64,000 nucleotides of DNA. Origin: Oceanispirochaeta sp. (GTDB lineage: Bacteria > Spirochaetota > Spirochaetia > DSM-2461). The stretch's first letter is position 1. Every line of letters begins with the position of its first letter. Of this stretch, positions 49,165 to 59,540 are shown piece by piece. The notes under the pieces are model-generated. The model had not been told where the DNA came from. It searched no databases and saw nothing but the letters and a program-made list of their open reading frames with translations. Position numbers and translations under genes: made by a program. Location: the NCBI GenBank assembly GCA_963663385.2, contig CAXXXD010000003.1, positions 1,248,001 through 1,312,000 on the forward strand, read 5' to 3'.

Positions 49165-50706
49165 TTGAAAAAAATGTATGCTATTGTAATGATGCTTATC
49201 TTTGGATCTTCGCTAATAACGGCTCAGACCGTATCGGAAGAGGAGATCCTTTCCATTAAGTCACGGGCATCCGAAATAGTCTTTGAAAACTATGTCGGTC
49301 CCATCACGGAATTCAGTACCAGAGAGGAAATTACGGGTATCGGGAAATTTCTGGGAGACAAAAGCCATTCATCCCCGTCCTGGGGAGAAAAATATAAACT
49401 ATTCCACTCTTTTCAACCAGAGATTCCTGAAGGACTGGACGGAGATATACTGGCTATACTGGAAAAAGCAGGTGTGGATCATATACGGAACCTCCGTATG
49501 ATTCTTTCAGGCTACCTGCAGTCCGTCTATGATTACAATGAGAAACAGGCTTCGGTTCTGGCCGAATTCATCACCTATTATAACGCTATCTACTATAAGA
49601 ATATGGACCACTTCAGAGCCCGTTATAAAACGGGTGTGCTGGAGTATATCTCATCCGAAAACGCCGGTCTTTCGACCCATTACAGTGAATGGGCTGGAAA
49701 ATCCCGGATTGTAATACCTGTTTCTGCGGGTAAATCCATTGGAGAAACAGAGGCTGAACTGGACACCTCTCTTATCTCCCAACCGGAAGTGGTGGAGGAG
49801 ATGCAGAAGGAAGAGGACAAAGCCCTGGATACCCGCAAGGAGATGGTGGAGATCAGGGAGGAGGAGATTGATAAGAAACAGGAGATAATCGATCAGGAAC
49901 AGAAAGTTCTGACCGAAGAAAAGCAAACTGTAGAAGAAGCCATTACAGAGATGGAAAAGGAACTGGAAGCTGCAGAGGAAGGGAGTCCTGATGAAGTACA
50001 GATAAAAGAGGAAATTCAGCAGCTGGAAGAGAAGGAAAAGGAAATTCAGGAGAAACAGGAAGTTCTGAAAGAAGAACAGAAAGAACTGGATAGAGAGCAG
50101 GATGAGGTCATCGAAATGCGCGAAGAGATCGCAAAGGATGAAAACATTCTTAAATCCGAAAAGAGTACTTTTGAGGAAGCTGCTCAGCCGGAAGAGCCTT
50201 CCATGATCTCTTCAACTGATGCTAAGTCACTCTGGTTTGTTATTATAGAAAAAGCGGGAACCCCGGCTTCATTCGGGTCCCTGTGTCAAATAACCGAAAC
50301 CGGAATGATCCTGAAAAAATCCGAACTGAACAGCGTGAGGGGCAATCAGGCGATCGATACGGGCAGCGGGATTGTTCTGATTGCCGGTAAGGATGAGAGT
50401 TCAACAACGGTCAATCCTGTCTTGATAGATCCCGAAACACTGGAAATAAAGAAAATGTCTGACAAGACGGTTTATGCCGGCAGTAACATCTGGACAGACA
50501 GTTCGTATCTCTATATTATAACCCGCAATAATTCCGATTGGGTTCTGGGTAAATATTCATATAAACTGGACTTGGAAGGTACGAGCGAAACAAAGGTGAA
50601 TCCCGATTCCGCCATACTCTTTGACACGGAGACTTTGATGATCCAGAATACCGGCGGTACAATTTCCGTACTATCCAAGGAGGATTTGTCGGAAGTTTTT
50701 CAATAG
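49165..50706 (+). CDS. P83/100 family protein (spirochaetal)
   Basis: FENYVGP, DHIRNLRMILSGYL, AEFITYYNA and GLSTHYSEWAGKSRIVIP; long E/K/Q coiled coil. Confidence 0.8.
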   Translation: MKKMYAIVMMLIFGSSLITAQTVSEEEILSIKSRASEIVFENYVGPITEFSTREEITGIGKFLGDKSHSSPSWGEKYKLFHSFQPEIPEGLDGDILAILEKAGVDHIRNLRMILSGYLQSVYDYNEKQASVLAEFITYYNAIYYKNMDHFRARYKTGVLEYISSENAGLSTHYSEWAGKSRIVIPVSAGKSIGETEAELDTSLISQPEVVEEMQKEEDKALDTRKEMVEIREEEIDKKQEIIDQEQKVLTEEKQTVEEAITEMEKELEAAEEGSPDEVQIKEEIQQLEEKEKEIQEKQEVLKEEQKELDREQDEVIEMREEIAKDENILKSEKSTFEEAAQPEEPSMISSTDAKSLWFVIIEKAGTPASFGSLCQITETGMILKKSELNSVRGNQAIDTGSGIVLIAGKDESSTTVNPVLIDPETLEIKKMSDKTVYAGSNIWTDSSYLYIITRNNSDWVLGKYSYKLDLEGTSETKVNPDSAILFDTETLMIQNTGGTISVLSKEDLSEVFQ

Positions 50707-50808
50707 GAATCGCCGCTCCAAGGGGCGGAGTATTCTTGTTCGGTTAAGGGTGCCGCTCTAGCGGCTCTGTAATGCATTTACCGAATAAAACTATTTCAAG
50801 GAGCTCAA

Positions 50809-52389
50809 GTGAAAACCGGACCTTTTGCAGGAAGAACTATCGGTGTTGTAGATGACCTATCCAGGGATGAACAGTTATATCTGTATAAAAAGACAGCGGA
50901 ACTGAAAAAAAAGTACCTGAATAATGAAGACGTTTCTGAATTCAGGATTGTTGACCCTGATATGTCAGCCTATCTGATTTTTATGGAAAACAGCACCAGA
51001 ACGAAGGAATCCTTTCGTAATGCGGCTCAGTTCCATGATATCAAGTTGAATATTTTTGATGCCCAGGGATCATCATTCAGCAAGCAGGAAAGCTTTCTTG
51101 ATACTATTAAAATGCTTTTCGGATACAGTAAAAGATCTATTTTTATAATGAGGACAGGCGAAGAAGGCGTCTGCCGGGTGCTTGATGAGGAACTGGATCT
51201 GTATGCCCAGAAAACCGGTTATGATAAAGCAGCTTTCCTGAACGGCGGAGACGGCAAACATGAACATCCCACACAGGAGTTCCTGGACGAGTTTACCTTT
51301 CTTGAAAAGAAGAACTGGGATAACAGCGAGATTCATATTGTTTTGACAGGAGACCTCTATCACGGGCGAACGGTTCACTCCAAAGTAGCTGGACTTAAAA
51401 TATTCAATAAAGTAAAAGTGGATCTGGTAGCTCCTCCCGAACTGGCCATGCCTGACTACTATGAACGTCAAATGGAAAGCAACGGATTTGAAGTCAGAAA
51501 ATTTTCCTCCATAGAAGAATACCTTGAGCAGGATGATATTTCAGAAATCTGGTATTTTACACGTCTCCAGCTGGAACGGATGGGCGATAAGGTGAAAGAA
51601 AAAGAACAACAGCTGCGTTCAGCTGTAACTTTTCGTGAGGACTTTCTTGATAGAATCCCTTCTACTTCCAAATTCTACCACCCCCTTCCCAGACATAAAG
51701 TTTATCCTGTAATACCGGGTTTTCTGGATCACACATCCTTCAATGGATGGGATGAGCAGAGCATCAACGGTTTCTTTACGAGAACCATTGAGATCGCCAT
51801 GGTGGGGGGTAAGCTGGGAAACGATTTTACAGGTGAAACAATCCTTCCTGCAAAAGCAGATAAGAACTTTATTGAACCGGTAGAGATAAAGCGTAAAACA
51901 CGTGTGGAGGACAAGTATAAAGTTGGAATTAAACCTGTGGATCACGGGATTGTGATCGATCATATAGGAAAAGGGGAGGATCAGGAGACCATCTGGAATA
52001 TGGTGGATAAAATCCGCCGTATTCTAAAGCTGAACTGCCGCAGTTCCCACGGGGTATTTCATACGGACAACGGTACAACATTCAAAGGAATCATCTCTCT
52101 GCCGGATATATTGGAGTTGGATAAAACTGATATTAAGAAACTGGCCGCTGTTGCCCCGGGCTGTACCCTGAATATTATTGCAGATCAATCAGTCAGAGAG
52201 AAATACCGCCTCCATATGCCTCCTAAAATCTACAACTTTGATGAAATCTCCTGCAAGAACGAAAACTGTATATCCCATCCGGATAAATATCAGCATGTTA
52301 TTCCCAGCTTTACAAGATCGGAAGAGTCCCGTTTTGTCTGTAAATACTGCGAAAAAAGCTACTCCTTCAACGAAATCTGGGATATATAG
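50809..52389 (+). CDS. pyrBI: fused aspartate carbamoyltransferase catalytic and regulatory chains
   Basis: PyrB motifs ENSTRT, HEHPTQ, RLQLER and HPLP; PyrI motifs VIDHI, CKNENC and CKYCE. Confidence 0.92.
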   Translation: MKTGPFAGRTIGVVDDLSRDEQLYLYKKTAELKKKYLNNEDVSEFRIVDPDMSAYLIFMENSTRTKESFRNAAQFHDIKLNIFDAQGSSFSKQESFLDTIKMLFGYSKRSIFIMRTGEEGVCRVLDEELDLYAQKTGYDKAAFLNGGDGKHEHPTQEFLDEFTFLEKKNWDNSEIHIVLTGDLYHGRTVHSKVAGLKIFNKVKVDLVAPPELAMPDYYERQMESNGFEVRKFSSIEEYLEQDDISEIWYFTRLQLERMGDKVKEKEQQLRSAVTFREDFLDRIPSTSKFYHPLPRHKVYPVIPGFLDHTSFNGWDEQSINGFFTRTIEIAMVGGKLGNDFTGETILPAKADKNFIEPVEIKRKTRVEDKYKVGIKPVDHGIVIDHIGKGEDQETIWNMVDKIRRILKLNCRSSHGVFHTDNGTTFKGIISLPDILELDKTDIKKLAAVAPGCTLNIIADQSVREKYRLHMPPKIYNFDEISCKNENCISHPDKYQHVIPSFTRSEESRFVCKYCEKSYSFNEIWDI

Positions 52390-52399
52390 AAAACCAGAC

Positions 52400-52440
52400 T
52401 CACAAAAAAAATCCCGGTATCAACCGGGATTTTTTTGTGA
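52400..52440. terminator. bidirectional intrinsic terminator (pyrBI/PBP1A)
   Basis: TCACAAAAAAAATCCCGGT-ATCA-ACCGGGATTTTTTTGTGA. Confidence 0.85.
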
Positions 52441-52453
52441 CTACCATAAGGGG

Positions 52454-54988
52454 CTAATCCAGCAGGTAGGTGTTTTCGCTCTCCGCCTTGGTATTTGAAA
52501 AAGGATCGTCCAGAAGGAAATCCATCATTCCCGAATCAATTTCATCGTAACCGGCATCTGTATTATCACTGAAGGGATCCTCAAGCAATTCCACACCGGG
52601 TACTGAGATCATCTGTGTAGCGAAATCAGAAACAAATTTCTGATTCAGGGTTTCCTTTCGGGTATCTTCAAAAGAGTGAATAGAACAGTAGCTATGAGGT
52701 TCGGTACCGGCAAGAAACAGCTCAGTTGTTGTCCCGTCCGTACAATGATCTGTCGGGATCTCTCCGGAGACAACACACACTTCCCGTTCAACAAGTCCCG
52801 TAGAGGGGCGTGTGAACTCTTTTACAGGGAGCTGGCTGTTAATATATGCCATATATTCTCCCCATACCCAGGATGCCGCGGTTGCACCAGTCTGGTTTAC
52901 CCCCAGAGAACTTCCTCTCTGGTCAAAGCCAACCCACATGGCAGTCGTGTAATAAGGTGAAAATCCCGCGGTCCAGGCATCTGCCCAGTTCTGTGTAGTC
53001 CCTGTTTTCCCTCCCATGGGCATCCGGTCAAAACCGTCAACATAGCGGGGAAGATGCCTCAGTGTCCCTATTTGAGTGGTAGAGTGGAGCAGGTCCACCA
53101 TAATATAGGCTTCCGCTGGAGTCATTATCTGCAGGTCTTCATCCTTCTGCCGATCCCGTAGTTCCCTTTCCGGATTAAGAATAATATCCCTGTTCCGATC
53201 CTCCACATAACGAATGGCGATAGGTTCTACAGCTTTACCCTGATTGGGGAAAGTGGCGAAGGCACGAGCTATACGAATCGGAGCAATAGTAATAACCCCC
53301 AGTCCGAGGGGAAACAATCGCGGAAATCGCCGGCCTATCTCTACAGGGTCCGAAATTCCCAGAAGACGCGAAGCCCGATTAATGGCTGCTTCAAAACCAA
53401 TACCTTCCAGAACAGTAATGGAAGGTACATTCATGGAGGTTGCCAGGGCTTCCCTAAGCAGTACACTGCCTTTCCATTCTCCCTTATAGTTCATGGGAGT
53501 ATAGGTAGATCCGTCAGGATTTCGGAAAACCTTCGGTCCATCATAGATCCTTGTAGCCGGAGTAAATTTTCTGGATGATATGGCAGCGGAATAGTAGAGA
53601 GGTTTAAATACCGATCCGGGCATTAGCTCCCCATCGACAGCACGGTTAAACTGGTTGGTCCGGCTGAATTCGCTTCCTCCAATCATAGCCATAATATACC
53701 CGGTGTTGTTTTCCAGGGTAATCAATGCCGATTCTACTGTAGACTGCTGTGTCTTTTTTAATGAATTGTTGTAGGAATACTGAGACAGATAATTCAGATT
53801 ATCCAGACCGAATACCAGAGATATCACATCCATAACAGGATTGATATCCTCATAGAACTCATCCTTTGCCCTGATCCGCTCCTGAGAACCGGCTATACGG
53901 ATATCTTCAATATTGAAAGCAAGCGACAGAAGATCAATAACAGGGACATACTGCTCATCCACAACAGTCATACGGTTCCCGATATTTTCCTGATACCGCT
54001 TATTCCAGGTAATCAGACCCTTGGAAATCAGTTCATCCGCTTTCTGCTGATAATCCAGATTCAAAGTGGTATAGACACTATAACCGTCACGATAGATATT
54101 CTGTTTTCCGTATAGCATTTCATCCAGTTCGGTACGGATATACTCACTGAACCAGGGAGCCAGATCCTCCCTGTCAAAAAAAGCAGTTGTCTGGTTATCC
54201 CTGGACCAGTCATAGCGATTGTTCCAGTAGTCGGTCATGGTCAGATCGGCGTCTGTTTGAAACAGGTAACCGTTTTCCACCATCTGACTGATAATCTCAC
54301 TTTGTACTTTTCTGGCTTTTTCGGGATAACGGATAGGGGAGTAGAGGCCGGGACGGACAAGCTGAATGACAAGCATCACCGATTCTGCAACAGTATTATC
54401 TACAGCAGAGTGTCTGAAAAAGAACTTGGAAGCAGCTTCCACACCGTATGTATTGTGCCCGAAAGGCATCTTATTAACATACATTTCAAGGATTTCGTAC
54501 TTTGTAAGCTGTCTTTCAAGCTGGAACGACCACCAGAGCTCTTTGAGTTTACGGGTTACAGAAATATCGCTACGATCGGCATAAAGACGACCGGCCAGCT
54601 GCTGAGTAAGCGTACTGCCTCCGGAAAAATACTGGCCGGTAATAATTTTCACTACGGCACGGAGAGTACCGTATAATGAAAATCCGTTGTGTTTGAAAAA
54701 TGTGCTGTCTTCTCTTGTAATAAGGGCATAGATAAGACTTTCGGGGAGATCGTTGATAGAAACGATCTCTCTTTTTTCATCGGAAAAGAACTCTGTAATA
54801 AGGTTCCCGTTTATATCCAGGATTTGGGAAGGAAGAGCCGGATTATCTTCTCCGAAATTCTCCATATTCTGTATATTATGATTGATAGCCAGCATCAGTC
54901 CTGTACTGATACCGACACCAATGGTTATCACTGTTAAGAAAGATAAAAAAATCACTAAGATCAGTTTTCGATTTCCGGAAAAATTCAT
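52454..54988 (-). CDS. class A penicillin-binding protein (PBP1A family)
   Basis: N-terminal TM; transglycosylase ED-x2-F, GGSTLTQQL and RKLKE; transpeptidase SVFK, SMN and KTG. Confidence 0.95.
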   Translation of the reverse strand: MNFSGNRKLILVIFLSFLTVITIGVGISTGLMLAINHNIQNMENFGEDNPALPSQILDINGNLITEFFSDEKREIVSINDLPESLIYALITREDSTFFKHNGFSLYGTLRAVVKIITGQYFSGGSTLTQQLAGRLYADRSDISVTRKLKELWWSFQLERQLTKYEILEMYVNKMPFGHNTYGVEAASKFFFRHSAVDNTVAESVMLVIQLVRPGLYSPIRYPEKARKVQSEIISQMVENGYLFQTDADLTMTDYWNNRYDWSRDNQTTAFFDREDLAPWFSEYIRTELDEMLYGKQNIYRDGYSVYTTLNLDYQQKADELISKGLITWNKRYQENIGNRMTVVDEQYVPVIDLLSLAFNIEDIRIAGSQERIRAKDEFYEDINPVMDVISLVFGLDNLNYLSQYSYNNSLKKTQQSTVESALITLENNTGYIMAMIGGSEFSRTNQFNRAVDGELMPGSVFKPLYYSAAISSRKFTPATRIYDGPKVFRNPDGSTYTPMNYKGEWKGSVLLREALATSMNVPSITVLEGIGFEAAINRASRLLGISDPVEIGRRFPRLFPLGLGVITIAPIRIARAFATFPNQGKAVEPIAIRYVEDRNRDIILNPERELRDRQKDEDLQIMTPAEAYIMVDLLHSTTQIGTLRHLPRYVDGFDRMPMGGKTGTTQNWADAWTAGFSPYYTTAMWVGFDQRGSSLGVNQTGATAASWVWGEYMAYINSQLPVKEFTRPSTGLVEREVCVVSGEIPTDHCTDGTTTELFLAGTEPHSYCSIHSFEDTRKETLNQKFVSDFATQMISVPGVELLEDPFSDNTDAGYDEIDSGMMDFLLDDPFSNTKAESENTYLLD

Positions 54989-55033
54989 AGTCTAAAAGTA
55001 CGTGTCACATGCCTCTTTGTCAAGGCAGTCAGG

Positions 55034-56026
55034 CTAATGTAATTTTTCCATCAGAATTTCCGGAATCATGGTAATCCTGAAAGAATCCTGCATCTCCGCA
55101 TTGAACTCACGGCTTAACTGATAATCACCGAATTCAAAACGAATGCTGTGTATACCCGGTTGTATTTCTATAAAGTCTGACATTGATTCATTATCTATAC
55201 GTTTTCCATCCAGAAAGACAGTCATCCCTTTTACCGTATCTATTTTAAGGGTGGGATACTGCAGCTGAAGTATATGATTGAGAACCAGATTTTCACCGGG
55301 GGAAAGAGAAAACTGAAGGCTCTCTTCCAGTCCGGAATCAGACCGGATAATAAGAGTATGAAATCCGGCATCGAAAATAACAGGGTTTGATAAATCATCA
55401 ATGATTTTCCCGTCAACCTGATAATACAGAGCTTCATCTACAGGGTTCCCTTGATTATCCAGGATTTTTAAAGACATGGTGCCTTTGTTGAAATAGACAG
55501 GTGAAACGGAGAAATCTATCTCAGCAGAATATACACTGTCCGGAATTCCCTTGGTTATGGGTAGAATCGTAACAAGTAGAGGAAAGTCTTCCTGCCTGTT
55601 ATTTTCCATAACAATGAAGGAGGAACGGTCAGGAGACATGGTATGGTTTGCGGAAAGGGGAATCAGAAAATTCATACTCTTTTCAAAATCCATAAAACGC
55701 ATATATGCCTGGGTTCCCTGGTAGGACATATTATCTGAAGAGGGTTCCTGATTCAGTTTCTTATATATGTATAACGAAAAACTGTTTCTGTACAAACTAA
55801 GCGAATCAGGACCCGATATGGTTATACGCAGTCCCTGAACAAGGGGGGATAGGGTATCGGGAAGCTTTATCCCGACAAGAGATTCAATTTTCGAAGAAAC
55901 GGATTGTGATGAATACCCGTCAAATTCAATTATCCCCTCAACAGGCCCCCTGATATTTTCAGATACAGCGGCAAAGGGACTGAGAAAAATCATCAATATC
56001 AGAAACAGAAACTTCTTCTTTATCAT
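55034..56026 (-). CDS. exported hypothetical protein, possible PEGA-like C-terminal domains
   Basis: Signal peptide; VFLDG...PGIHSIRF beta-rich segments. Confidence 0.6.
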   Translation of the reverse strand: MIKKKFLFLILMIFLSPFAAVSENIRGPVEGIIEFDGYSSQSVSSKIESLVGIKLPDTLSPLVQGLRITISGPDSLSLYRNSFSLYIYKKLNQEPSSDNMSYQGTQAYMRFMDFEKSMNFLIPLSANHTMSPDRSSFIVMENNRQEDFPLLVTILPITKGIPDSVYSAEIDFSVSPVYFNKGTMSLKILDNQGNPVDEALYYQVDGKIIDDLSNPVIFDAGFHTLIIRSDSGLEESLQFSLSPGENLVLNHILQLQYPTLKIDTVKGMTVFLDGKRIDNESMSDFIEIQPGIHSIRFEFGDYQLSREFNAEMQDSFRITMIPEILMEKLH

Positions 56027-56916
56027 TTCCCACTCTTGGTAAGTAAATTCTCCGGATTCTGGGGAGATCCGTTTTTTCTTATTTCAAAATGAAGATGGGG
56101 ACCTGTTGAATAACCGGTATTACCGGATTGCCCGATAACCTCACCCTCCTGGATTTCCTGTTCAGGATGAACGAGTATGCGACTCAGGTGCCCATATATG
56201 CTTGTATAGCCGTTTCTATGTTGTATTATAACGAATTTACCATAATCTTCCAGTTCCCCGGAAGATAAAATTCTCCCGTCTGAACAACTTTTTACTAAAG
56301 TTCCAACTGGAGCACGGTAGTCGGTCCCCACATGAAGCTCCCACTGGCCGGTAAAGGGGTGATCCCTGTACCCATAGGGAGACGTTATATAAAGATCATC
56401 CAGGGGAGGCAGAAAAAGGTGTTTCACAAATCGCAGACGCATCTGATCAGGCAGATACGCTCCCGAATAGTAGCGGATACTCTTTTTTTTATCATTAATA
56501 GTAAGTGTAATTACAATAGAATCTTTGCCTTCCAGTGTATCAGCCAGCTGTTTCTGCCAGTTTGATTCCTTATCGGTATCAAAATAGATTCCGGGAGCGG
56601 AAGGGATTATAAGAACCTGACTGGTGGTAAAATCATGTATGTTTTCAAAGTTATTCAGAGTGGCAATAGAATCAATTGTCAGATTGAATGCAGCGGCCAG
56701 CTGGATTAAAGTGTCATCTTCATGGGGAATATATTTATAGATCGTTAACGGTGGGGCTGGTATATTGCGGGCCTGATTGTAATACCAGCTTTCTGTTTCC
56801 TTCTGCTGCTGCCTGAAAAGCGGATCCCGGAATGCACTGGTTTCGCGTATAAGAGGATACTCTGCATAGAGAGATGACAGTAATATAAAAAAAAGGAGAC
56901 CCGTAACCGTTTTCAT
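56023..56916 (-). CDS. LysM plus M23 family metallopeptidase
   Basis: LysM-like DTLIQLA...IATLN; HVGTD, YGHL and STGPHLHFEIR. Confidence 0.92.
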   Translation of the reverse strand: MKTVTGLLFFILLSSLYAEYPLIRETSAFRDPLFRQQQKETESWYYNQARNIPAPPLTIYKYIPHEDDTLIQLAAAFNLTIDSIATLNNFENIHDFTTSQVLIIPSAPGIYFDTDKESNWQKQLADTLEGKDSIVITLTINDKKKSIRYYSGAYLPDQMRLRFVKHLFLPPLDDLYITSPYGYRDHPFTGQWELHVGTDYRAPVGTLVKSCSDGRILSSGELEDYGKFVIIQHRNGYTSIYGHLSRILVHPEQEIQEGEVIGQSGNTGYSTGPHLHFEIRKNGSPQNPENLLTKSGK

Positions 56917-57740
56917 TTAATAAAATCCAGAAAATGATCGGGAACAGCTTTTTTTCCGCCTCCGATTCCCAGTTTTCTGTCCTTTCTGTTTTCTCCATGG
57001 TAATCAGATCCGCCAGTTACAAACAGACCAAGATTTTCTGCCAGCTTCTGAAACCGTTTCCCCTGATTCTCATTAACCCCTGAGTGCCAGGCTTCGATTC
57101 CCTCAACTCCCATCTCCTTCCACAGGGCAAAACGTTCCGGCATTTTTCCCCAGGAAAGGTATAGAGAGAGAGGATGAGCTACTACGGCATAACCTCCGGC
57201 TGCTTTGATCAGCCGTATCCCGTCTTCCAGTGCCATTACCTTCTTTGGCACATAATACTTCTGCTCAACACCAAGGAATTTATCAAACGCATGACGCATG
57301 CTTTTGGCAACTTTTTTTTCAACAAGCAGTTTGGCAAAATGGGGACGGGCGATAATCCTTCCGCCGGCTGTTTGATTCAACTCCTCTTCAGTTAAATCAA
57401 TCCCGTCATTCTGAATAAGCCGGATCATTTCTGAATTTCTGCTGTTTCGATAATTCCTTAATGTGCCCAAGGTCCTGTCCAGAGAAGAATTCTCCCATTT
57501 ACCAATCCCAAGCCCCAACAGATGAAATTCACCGGGTTGATGCTGAATTTCCAACTCGATCCCCGGTATGAATCTTATCCCGCAGGTTGAAGCGGCCTGT
57601 TCAGCTTCCTTCAGGCCATCCAGTGTATCATGGTCAGTTAAGGCAATGGCAGATAAAGGGATGGTCGAAGCTATATGAATTAATTCTCCAGGAGTACAGG
57701 TACCATCTGATTTTGTGGAATGAGTATGAAGATCTATCAT
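56913..57740 (-). CDS. PHP domain phosphoesterase (YciV/TrpH-like)
   Basis: DLHTHSTKSDG, ALTDHD, HLLG, RPHFA, AHP and GGSDYHG. Confidence 0.92.
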   Translation of the reverse strand: MIDLHTHSTKSDGTCTPGELIHIASTIPLSAIALTDHDTLDGLKEAEQAASTCGIRFIPGIELEIQHQPGEFHLLGLGIGKWENSSLDRTLGTLRNYRNSRNSEMIRLIQNDGIDLTEEELNQTAGGRIIARPHFAKLLVEKKVAKSMRHAFDKFLGVEQKYYVPKKVMALEDGIRLIKAAGGYAVVAHPLSLYLSWGKMPERFALWKEMGVEGIEAWHSGVNENQGKRFQKLAENLGLFVTGGSDYHGENRKDRKLGIGGGKKAVPDHFLDFIK

Positions 57741-57897
57741 AAGGGAAGCATAGTCAGATTATTTTGGAAATTCAAGAATGGGAATAATCTGTTTTTTTAT
57801 TAAAAGCTGTTCATTAAGATGAAAGAGCATAAATATGATTGACACACAAGAGTACAAGGAATTAATATTCAAGTAAGCAATAATCCTAGGAGATATA

Positions 57898-58857
57898 ATG
57901 CCCCCCAAAGCTATCAATTACAAAGCTAACTCCATCGTTTACTTTAAAGGGGATTCGGGAGAGAATGTTTTTATCCTCCAGAAAGGGCAGGTCTCTTTAA
58001 ATTATCAGGATATTCAAACCGGGCAGGATATGCATGATTTTGTTCAGACCGGTGAGTTTTTCGGTGTTAAGGCAGCTTTCGGAAAATACCCGCATGATGA
58101 AACGGCTGTCGTTCTTGTAGATTCCACGATTATTCAGTTTTCAGTTGAGGATTTTGAACAACTTCTTTCAACAAACAACAGAGTTATAATGAAAATGCTG
58201 AAGGTTTTTTCCAATCAGCTTCGTCGTATACATAAACAGGTTCAGAATCTACTCTCAACAGAGGAACAGCATGATTCGGAAAAAGGTCTATTCTCTGTCG
58301 GTGAGTACTATTTCAACAATAAGAAATATAAGCAGGCTGCCGATGCTTTTCGCCGATACCTAACTTACTATCCCAACGGACGATTTGAATCGGAAGTTCG
58401 AAAAAAAATGGAATATGCTGAACTCCGGAAAAATGAGGAGAATGAATCTTCCCGGGAAACCGAACCGGCTGTTTCTGTGGTTCAGACAAAGAAGTTTACC
58501 ATGGAAGAGGCGTATAGACTAAAAGGGAACGGTCAATATGCCGAGGCGTTTAACACCTTTATCAAATCTATCCAGTATAATCCCGACATCAGACTTGAGG
58601 CAGAATTCGAGGCTGGTGTATGCCTTTTAGAGCTGAAAAAACCGGATGATGTAATTAAACACTTTACGGGTGTATTAAAAAGAAATCCCGCCCATAAGAA
58701 GATGGGAGAATGCCTATATTACATCGGCAAATCCTATCTATCCAATAAAGATACAGTGAAAGCCAGGAGTTTTCTGATGAAATCAGTTTCCCTGCTACCG
58801 GATGGAACTCCGGAGCAGCGGGACGCACAAATGCTTGTTAGCCAGATAGGAGACTGA
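57898..58857 (+). CDS. cyclic-nucleotide-binding-like domain plus TPR protein
   Basis: VFILQKGQV...GEFFG CNB fold, C-helix, then TPRs (GEYYFNNKKYKQA, LYYIGKSY); AGGAG RBS. Confidence 0.8.
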   Translation: MPPKAINYKANSIVYFKGDSGENVFILQKGQVSLNYQDIQTGQDMHDFVQTGEFFGVKAAFGKYPHDETAVVLVDSTIIQFSVEDFEQLLSTNNRVIMKMLKVFSNQLRRIHKQVQNLLSTEEQHDSEKGLFSVGEYYFNNKKYKQAADAFRRYLTYYPNGRFESEVRKKMEYAELRKNEENESSRETEPAVSVVQTKKFTMEEAYRLKGNGQYAEAFNTFIKSIQYNPDIRLEAEFEAGVCLLELKKPDDVIKHFTGVLKRNPAHKKMGECLYYIGKSYLSNKDTVKARSFLMKSVSLLPDGTPEQRDAQMLVSQIGD

Positions 58858-58862
58858 TATTT

Positions 58863-59525
58863 ATGGCACTTGATCTGTCTGTATTCAACCGATTTGCAGT
58901 TACTTTCAAAGCAGGAGATGTAATTTTCTGCGAATATGAACCGGGAGACTCGTTTTACCTGATTCAGGCCGGGAAAGTAAAAATCGTCAAAATTTTCGGT
59001 GACATTGAAAAAACCATAGATATTATGCATCCCGGCGAATTTTTCGGAGAGATGGCACTTTTGGAAGAAGCTCCCAGAAGTGCGACAATCATTGCCGTGG
59101 AAGAAACAAAACTTTTGGAATTCAACCGGGAAAACTTTGAAATATTAATGAAAGGGAATCCTCAGATTGCTCTGAAGCTTCTTAAACTGTTTTCAAAGAG
59201 AATTTATGATCAGAAAAGGCGTTTTCAGATCCTGACGCTGGAAGATCAGCATGCCAAGATAGCTGATGTGTTTTTAATGCTTGCGGAAGGACAGACACCT
59301 ACGGAAGAAGAGGAAGAATCCGGGAACAGGACATTTCCTAATTCCATAGATGATATCGCACACTGGGGAGGAATATCTCCGGCAAAATGCCGTGCCATAC
59401 TGGAACATTTTGCCTCTCAGAGACGGGTGGAGATATTTAACGACCATATTTTTGTAAAGAACATTAATGATTTTAAGAGATTTGTTTCTTCAAGCAGAAA
59501 GAAACAGGAAAAAACAGAAAATTAA
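58863..59525 (+). CDS. Crp/Fnr family transcriptional regulator
   Basis: FYLIQAGKVKI, GEFFGEMALLEEAPRSAT (canonical phosphate-binding cassette), C-terminal HTH-like SIDDIAHWGG. Confidence 0.9.
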   Translation: MALDLSVFNRFAVTFKAGDVIFCEYEPGDSFYLIQAGKVKIVKIFGDIEKTIDIMHPGEFFGEMALLEEAPRSATIIAVEETKLLEFNRENFEILMKGNPQIALKLLKLFSKRIYDQKRRFQILTLEDQHAKIADVFLMLAEGQTPTEEEEESGNRTFPNSIDDIAHWGGISPAKCRAILEHFASQRRVEIFNDHIFVKNINDFKRFVSSSRKKQEKTEN

Positions 59526-59540
59526 TCCCTCTTTTCCTGA

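Noticed and set aside
49780..50170. Purine-rich GAR-codon repetition in P83/100 (similar stretch in batC at about 26870-27320)
   Set aside because: Explained by E/K/Q-rich coiled-coil or low-complexity coding sequence; not a discrete repeat array or CRISPR
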